Source of the DNA: Candidatus Aenigmatarchaeota archaeon
Lineage (GTDB): Archaea; Aenigmatarchaeota; Aenigmatarchaeia; GW2011-AR5; JACRMX01
Direction of reading: 5' to 3'
DNA: 64,000 nucleotides
Assembly: GCA_018304635.1 (NCBI GenBank)
Contig: JAGVVW010000001.1
Coordinates: 43,693-107,692, forward strand
Shown: positions 58,289 through 64,000 of the stretch, in pieces
Layout: each line of letters opens with the position of its first letter
How positions within the stretch are numbered: the first letter of the stretch is position 1
The notes under the pieces: generated by a model
Told to the model about the DNA's origin: nothing
Databases searched by the model: none
Seen by the model: the letters and a program-made list of their open reading frames with translations, nothing else
Translations under genes and position numbers: made by a program

Positions 58289-59566
58289 ATGGATATTGAA
58301 ACTCTGAAGCTTATAATTCACGAGCAAAAGGATGATGTAGAGAGCAGATTTAGGAAGGAAAATATAATCGAAAGAGATATTGAAAAGCTCTTTGATTTAA
58401 ACAAAACCAAACAGGTTCTGACAATCACAGGCATAAGGCGATGTGGTAAATCTACACTTGCTCACTTATTTCTTAAAAAATATAAATATGCTTATATAAA
58501 TTTTGATGACGAAAGGATAGAGTCCATAAAAATTTCGGATATGAATAAAATTCTTGAGGCGTTTTACCAGTTATACGGAAACATAGATTTTATAATATTC
58601 GATGAAATTCAAAACGTCCTTAAATGGGAACTTTTTATAACAAGATTACAACAGAGCAAAAAAATTATAATAACAGGCAGCAATTCCCGATTACTTTCCA
58701 GTGAACTTTCAACACGCCTTACAGGAAGGCACATAGACATTATACTATCTCCATTTTCGTTCCGAGAATTCTTAAGATTTAGAGGATTGAACTATGATAT
58801 TTATCTGACTGCTGATATAGCTAAAATAAAAAATTATTTGAATGAATATCTAATTCGTGGTGGTTTTCCTGAAGGCGATGACAAATATCATGTAAAATCA
58901 ATTTACGATGATATAATAACCAAAGACATACTTCTTAGACATAACATAAAGTTCCGTTCTGTTTTTAAGGAGTTTGCAAGACTGGCAGTTTCAAGTTTTT
59001 CTAATGAGATAACCTATTCGAATTTTAAAGATATACTTAATGTTAAAAGTGTTCATACAATAAGAAATTACCTAGATGTACTGGAAGAAGTTTTCCTTGT
59101 TTTTAAGTTGCCAAAGTTTTCATTCAAGTTTAAACAACAAATAAGAGAACCTAAAAAATTATACGTTGTTGATAATGGAATAATTGATATGTTGGGTTTT
59201 AAATTCAGGGAAAATATCGGGCGTATTTATGAAAATACTGTTTTCCTTGAATTGAAAAGAAGGCAATCTTTGAATAATATGACAGAACTGTTTTATTACA
59301 AAACTTCTCAAGGACATGAGGTTGATTTTGTTGTTAAGCGGGGAGTAAATGTTCAACATCTTATTCAAGTATGTTATAATATTAAAGATGAAAATGTAAA
59401 AAAGAGGGAAATACGGTCATTGATCCAGTCTAGTAAGGATCTTAGATGCAAAAGTTTAATTATTATTACAGGTGATTATGAAGCTGAGGAAGAGATTTCG
59501 TGGTTTGGTATAGAAAGGAAGATAAAATTTATACCACTCTGGAAATGGATGCTGACGGATTTATAG
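58289..59566 (+). CDS. AAA+ ATPase, AAA_14/DUF4143 type
   Basis: GIRRCGKS, FDEIQ, TGSNS, GGFPE, K.Y..DNG, EVDF. Confidence 0.95.
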   Translation: MDIETLKLIIHEQKDDVESRFRKENIIERDIEKLFDLNKTKQVLTITGIRRCGKSTLAHLFLKKYKYAYINFDDERIESIKISDMNKILEAFYQLYGNIDFIIFDEIQNVLKWELFITRLQQSKKIIITGSNSRLLSSELSTRLTGRHIDIILSPFSFREFLRFRGLNYDIYLTADIAKIKNYLNEYLIRGGFPEGDDKYHVKSIYDDIITKDILLRHNIKFRSVFKEFARLAVSSFSNEITYSNFKDILNVKSVHTIRNYLDVLEEVFLVFKLPKFSFKFKQQIREPKKLYVVDNGIIDMLGFKFRENIGRIYENTVFLELKRRQSLNNMTELFYYKTSQGHEVDFVVKRGVNVQHLIQVCYNIKDENVKKREIRSLIQSSKDLRCKSLIIITGDYEAEEEISWFGIERKIKFIPLWKWMLTDL

Positions 59567-60328
59567 TCCCAACAGATGCAAGAACAGATTTCCGTAAATC
59601 AGCGTAATTATAAGGGCAATTGGAAAAACAGGACCGAAACGCACGCCTTCTTTTACTGTAACAAAACCGCCTTTTTCATGTAGTGCTTTTAATTCATGTT
59701 TCTTGATTCCGCGCCATTCCTTATATTCCAGAAGTACATCACCTTCGCGTACATCACTTGCTGGAATACTTCGCTTAAACCCGTGTTTCTCAATGTGAAC
59801 TGATAGTCTCCAGAATATCAACAGGCCTGCTGTAAATACCATCATGCTTATACCATATATGATATTAATGAATAATGAAAGCGATGATATTGCAACAGTA
59901 ATCAAAAACCATAGTTTATATTTTTTAATGTCATCCAGCGCCATCTTTAAAATTCCGGGTGTTTTAATGCTGTAGATTATCGCATAAATCGCTGAATAGA
60001 ATGCACCGACAAAAACAATATTCACAGTGAAATTTAGTGTTATCTGCGGAATAGCATAAATTACAGCAGACATCAAAGCAGCGTCACCAAGCCCCCAGAA
60101 TCCTTTTTTATATAAAACAAATCCTGTAAGAAGTGATAGTGTTCCGTATATAATCGAATTTGTGATGTTCGTATATATCATCGTTTGTCCTGCGTAGATA
60201 AACCATGTAAAAATTCCTATACCAGCTAACAGAATAGGTATTTCATCAGGAATATCTGTTGTAAAAAGATCCCATGCACCTGCTGATGCACACGCGAAGA
60301 CAGCTGCCAAAATCAAAAAATCAAACAT
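59561..60328 (-). CDS. Prepilin/preflagellin peptidase (A24)
   Basis: WD....IP, WGLGDA, RFGPVFP. Confidence 0.88.
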   Translation of the reverse strand: MFDFLILAAVFACASAGAWDLFTTDIPDEIPILLAGIGIFTWFIYAGQTMIYTNITNSIIYGTLSLLTGFVLYKKGFWGLGDAALMSAVIYAIPQITLNFTVNIVFVGAFYSAIYAIIYSIKTPGILKMALDDIKKYKLWFLITVAISSLSLFINIIYGISMMVFTAGLLIFWRLSVHIEKHGFKRSIPASDVREGDVLLEYKEWRGIKKHELKALHEKGGFVTVKEGVRFGPVFPIALIITLIYGNLFLHLLGL

Positions 60329-60332
60329 ACAT

Positions 60333-60490
60333 ATAATTGCATAGCTTATGATTTATATGAATGCAATTATTATATTTTCGAAATCTCTGACAAGGTTTCG
60401 AAAATTGGAAATTTGACAGAATTTCCAAAATCATGAATTGCCATATTTTCTATATTTCTATACATAAACTACGCAATTCATGATATATAC
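60333..60490. repeat. MITE-like hairpin repeat, family R3 copy b
   Basis: Imperfect terminal IRs aattgcatagcttatg / cataaactacgcaatt; homologous to 12594-12720. Confidence 0.88.
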
Positions 60491-60586
60491 AGATTTGCAC
60501 AATTTATTTTAAATAAATAAAGCAGTTTAGGATAAAAAATAACTGCGGAAAGAATATATACTTATTGATTAATATTTATTTTATGC

Positions 60587-61321
60587 TTGTTCCAAAAACC
60601 GGAGGTTCTTAAAATGTTACCTAGACATATAGGCATTATACTAGATGGCAATCGCAGATTTGCACGGGAGCTTATGAAGAATCCATGGGAAGGCCATAAA
60701 ATAGGACTGCTTAAAGCTAGGGATGTTTTGAGATGGGCGTGCAATATAGGTATCAGGCACGTTACAGCTTATACATTATCTCTGGAAAATATAAAAACAA
60801 GGCCAAAAAAAGAGCTGAATTACATTCTAAAGCAGCTGGAGCAGGAATCCAAGACTATATTAAATGATGCAAAGCATATTGTTCATCAGATGAAAGTCAG
60901 GGTCAGATTCATAGGTCGTACAAATGAACTGCCAGAGCATCTTATTTCACTGTTCAAGGAGGTTGAAGAGAGAACATCTTCTTATAAAAAACACTTTCTG
61001 AATGTTGCGGTTGCCTACGGCGGACAGCAGGAAATAATTGATGCTGCAAAATCCATTGCTAAAAAAGTTTCCAGAGGCGAAATAATTGCTGATGATATAG
61101 ACGAGAATGTGTTTATCCAGAATCTTTATGTGCCTAATCAGCCAATGCCTGACCTTATACTGCGAACTGGAGGTGATCACAGACTGTCAAATTTCATGGC
61201 ATTCCAGTCAGCTTATTCTGAATTGATGTTTATAGATAAAAAATGGCCTGAACTTACAGAAAAGGATTTCATGGATGCAATACATGAATTCGAGGTTCGG
61301 GAGAGACGGTTTGGCGGATGA
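60587..61321 (+). CDS. uppS: cis-prenyltransferase
   Basis: HIGIILDGNRRFA, S.EN..RP, YGG..EI, RTGG..RLSNF. Confidence 0.97.
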   Translation: MFQKPEVLKMLPRHIGIILDGNRRFARELMKNPWEGHKIGLLKARDVLRWACNIGIRHVTAYTLSLENIKTRPKKELNYILKQLEQESKTILNDAKHIVHQMKVRVRFIGRTNELPEHLISLFKEVEERTSSYKKHFLNVAVAYGGQQEIIDAAKSIAKKVSRGEIIADDIDENVFIQNLYVPNQPMPDLILRTGGDHRLSNFMAFQSAYSELMFIDKKWPELTEKDFMDAIHEFEVRERRFGG

Positions 61322-61518
61322 AAAAATCCCAATTACTAAAACTAAAGGCATTATTACTGTTTTCAAAAAATAATTTGCCAATGCCTGCGAAACCTGTAAT
61401 TGTCCGGGAACTCCAAAAAAACGGGTTTGTTGAATTGGCAAACTTATTCAGAAAAATAGAAAAAATAAACGAAAAGAAAGAATTATTGGAGTTTTTTTAT
61501 ATTAATCTAAATGATTGA
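61318..61518 (+). CDS. Small hypothetical protein
   Basis: ATGA overlap with uppS. Confidence 0.5.
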   Translation: MKKSQLLKLKALLLFSKNNLPMPAKPVIVRELQKNGFVELANLFRKIEKINEKKELLEFFYINLND

Positions 61519-61519
61519 A

Positions 61520-62257
61520 TCATTCCACAACATACGTTTCCTCTGTTGCTCTTCTTGCGGCAATTATGATTTCTTTTGTTTCAGGGTCCATTACTGCACA
61601 ATTAAATGTTGCATCTTCAAAATTAATAGTTGTTTCAAAATTTTTTACACCTATCAGGTTTGCTTCCCTAAGGTTTGCTCCTCTAAGGTTTGCTTTCCCA
61701 AGGTATGCTTCCTCAAGGTATGCTCCCCCAAGGTATGCTTTCCCAAGGTATGCTCCTCTAAGGTTTGCTCCTCTAAGGTTTGCTTTCCCAAGGTATGCTT
61801 CCTCAAGGTCTGCTTCCTCAAGGTCTGCTCTCCCAAGGTATGCTTTCCCAAGGTTTGCTCCTCTAAGGTTTGCTTTCCCAAGGTATGCTCCCCCAAGGTT
61901 TGCTTCCTCAAGGTCTGCTCTCCCAAGGTATGCTCCCCCAAGGTTTGCTTCCTCAAGGTCTGCTCTCCCAAGGTATGCTCCCCCAAGGTATGCTTTCCCA
62001 AGGTTTGCTCCTCTAAGGTATGTTCCCCTAGCTATAACACGCGGTAAATATATTCCAGTTGCAACTATTCCTATCATTATAGAATCAGACAGGTCTATAC
62101 GCTTATCAACATGTTCTTTCAGATATTGTTGCATGGTTCCATATTCTTCATGGTCTGTTAAATCATAATATGCAGGTAGTATTATTCCTTTCAAATCTTT
62201 TTCACCACCTAATATTTTAGCTATAAATTCTTTTCCATTCATTTGTATTAGTAACAT
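61520..62257 (-). CDS. Pentapeptide repeat protein
   Basis: About 25 A[NDY]Lxx repeats. Confidence 0.92.
   Translation of the reverse strand: MLLIQMNGKEFIAKILGGEKDLKGIILPAYYDLTDHEEYGTMQQYLKEHVDKRIDLSDSIMIGIVATGIYLPRVIARGTYLRGANLGKAYLGGAYLGRADLEEANLGGAYLGRADLEEANLGGAYLGKANLRGANLGKAYLGRADLEEADLEEAYLGKANLRGANLRGAYLGKAYLGGAYLEEAYLGKANLRGANLREANLIGVKNFETTINFEDATFNCAVMDPETKEIIIAARRATEETYVVE
61655..62030. repeat. 15-bp coding tandem repeat array
   Basis: Units aaggt[a/t/c]tgct(ttccc/cctct/tcctc/ctccc/ccccc). Confidence 0.95.
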
Positions 62258-62342
62258 TTTACCACCATTACGTTATTTATTATGATACAAACGTATTTAA
62301 AGCCAAAATATGCAAAAAAAGATTCCTTTCAATATGTGTATG

Positions 62343-62399
62343 ATATTCAGAAAGCGAAGCTTTCTGATATGCCAAAGAACCTTTGGTTCTTTGAGCATG
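62343..62399. repeat. Double-hairpin repeat R5 copy b
   Basis: tcagaaagcGAAgctttctga and caaagaaccTTTggttctttg. Confidence 0.9.
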
Positions 62400-62631
62400 A
62401 AGATTTCCTTTGCCCAATTTTCAATGGAGGCAAAGAAAATTTGTTATGGTTTGAGGTATAAAGGATATGTGGATTTTTTCAGTCTCTCTATTTAAAAATG
62501 GAGAATTAAAAAATCATGCAGATGTTGAAATCAACCGGTCAGTTAACTGACCGAAAAGTATATAAATACGGTCAGTATAGTATACTTACAAAGCTAAAGC
62601 TTTCTGGCTATATACATTGAGGTCTATGAAA

Positions 62632-63927
62632 ATGGAGTTTCTATTCAAAGAATGGCAGGATATCTGGATTCCTGAACTGAAGGAAAGAGAACTGGAAGTG
62701 AAAATATCCGAAAAGGTGAGGAAGATAATAACATTCACCGGAATAAGAAGGTCTGGGAAAACATATATGATGTTTCAGTTCATAAAACAACTTTCTGAAA
62801 ATGTACCGAAAGAGAATATTTTCTATATTAATTTTGAAGATGAAAGAATAGAAAAGACGAAAGAGAGCCTCACGCATCTTATTCCAACATTAATGAAGCT
62901 TTATGGCAATTCAGACAAGCAGTATTTTCTTTTTCTAGATGAAATACAGATAATGCCTGATTGGAGTCAGTGGTTGAGGAGAGTATACGACAGTTACAGG
63001 AACATAAATTTTGTTGTTTCTGGTTCCAGTTCAAAATTATCGAGCAGAGAAATTCCTACAGAATTGAGGGGAAGAGCACTCAATTATGAAATACTCCCTC
63101 TCAGTTTCATAGAATTCCTTAAGTTCAAAGGTATAGAACTTGAAAAACATTTTGAACACAGCGAAAGAAAAATGAGCATTCTAAAAAGGGAATTAGATGA
63201 TTATATAGAAAATGGTGGATTTCCAGAGGTTGTTCTTGAGGATCCGGTGTCGAATAAGAAAAAATTTGTTCAGGAATACTTCAGGACAATGATAAGCAGG
63301 GATATGATAGAAAGACATAATGTCAAAAAGGTACACCTACTGAATGATTTTCTAAAGCTTCTGATTAATAGCAAGGAATTCTCTGTAAATAAAAGTGTGA
63401 ATATATTTCGTTCTCAGGGAAAACAAGCAGGAAAGGAAACACTAATCAACTATATGAAATATGCTGAAGAAAGCTATTTCTGTTTCTTTATTCCGATATT
63501 CTCATACAAAATAAAAGATCAAATGAGATACTCTCATAAAGTTTATTTTACTGACAATTCGTTTATAACAAACCTTTCTCTGAGGTTTTTAAAGAATTCT
63601 GGCAGGTTCTATGAGAATCTGGTTGCAATTGAGTTAATAAGGAAAAAGACAATTGATCCTATGCTTGAAATTTATTACTGGAAAAACAAATCCGGAGAAG
63701 TAGATTTTGTCATTAAGCGAGGCTTGAAAGTAAAGCAACTCATTCAGGTATGCTATGATATTACATATTATGATGTGAAAAAAAGAGAAGTAGAGGCTCT
63801 TTTAGATGCCTCGAAGGAATTGAAGTGCAATGAACTTCTTGTTATAACAAACGAAAATGAAAGTATAGAATACTTTGAGGGCAAAAAAATAAAGTTCATA
63901 CCTCTTTGGAAATGGTTGTTAGGTTAG
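62632..63927 (+). CDS. AAA+ ATPase, AAA_14/DUF4143 type
   Basis: GIRRSGKT, LDEIQ, SGSSS, GGFPE, EVDF. Confidence 0.95.
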   Translation: MEFLFKEWQDIWIPELKERELEVKISEKVRKIITFTGIRRSGKTYMMFQFIKQLSENVPKENIFYINFEDERIEKTKESLTHLIPTLMKLYGNSDKQYFLFLDEIQIMPDWSQWLRRVYDSYRNINFVVSGSSSKLSSREIPTELRGRALNYEILPLSFIEFLKFKGIELEKHFEHSERKMSILKRELDDYIENGGFPEVVLEDPVSNKKKFVQEYFRTMISRDMIERHNVKKVHLLNDFLKLLINSKEFSVNKSVNIFRSQGKQAGKETLINYMKYAEESYFCFFIPIFSYKIKDQMRYSHKVYFTDNSFITNLSLRFLKNSGRFYENLVAIELIRKKTIDPMLEIYYWKNKSGEVDFVIKRGLKVKQLIQVCYDITYYDVKKREVEALLDASKELKCNELLVITNENESIEYFEGKKIKFIPLWKWLLG

Positions 63928-63959
63928 GAAGATGCATCATTTGTTTTTGTTTGAATTAT

Positions 63960-64000
63960 TCACAAACACCTTTCCTTCATTGCTCTTCTTGCAGCAACTA
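63960..64000 (-). CDS. 3' end of a probable paralog of the pentapeptide protein
   Basis: VAARRAMKERCL* vs IAARRATEE; DNA ttgctcttcttgc(a/g)gcaa shared with ~61546-61563. Confidence 0.5.
   Translation of the reverse strand, partial: VAARRAMKERCL

Noticed and set aside
61511-62168. Long alternative-frame ORFs and CRISPR-like periodicity
   Set aside because: Shadows of the 15-bp coding repeat; no unique spacers

Overview
AT-rich archaeal chromosomal segment, most consistent with a DPANN archaeon. An Aenigmarchaeota-like affiliation is inferred from gene style and was not tested. Core genes: beta-CASP RNase, aIF5A, histone, DnaG, Hjc, thymidylate synthase fusion, HMG-CoA synthase/thiolase/DUF35, cdc6 with upstream ORB-like boxes, a short DP1, PolB, CorA, EgsA and UppS. 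RNA genes: an unusually long RNase P RNA and a tRNA-Gly(CCC) with two BHB introns. Interspersed are toxin-antitoxin/defence-type genes (PIN, Fic, several MNT-HEPN, HicAB, two AAA+ DUF4143 ATPases) and regulator-plus-enzyme divergons, several decaying. Main leads: (1) PolB ends in a PolD-DP2-like Zn finger while a short DP1 sits beside cdc6 with no DP2 in the window, hinting at a eukaryote-like PolB/B-subunit pair; (2) a family of modular palindromic repeats sits just upstream of start codons, shows loop inversion, and has related modules inside RNase P RNA, a tRNA intron and at the edge of a TA cassette; (3) an orphan fragment resembling a DGR variable region. All calls are by-eye motif recognition; no database searches were run.
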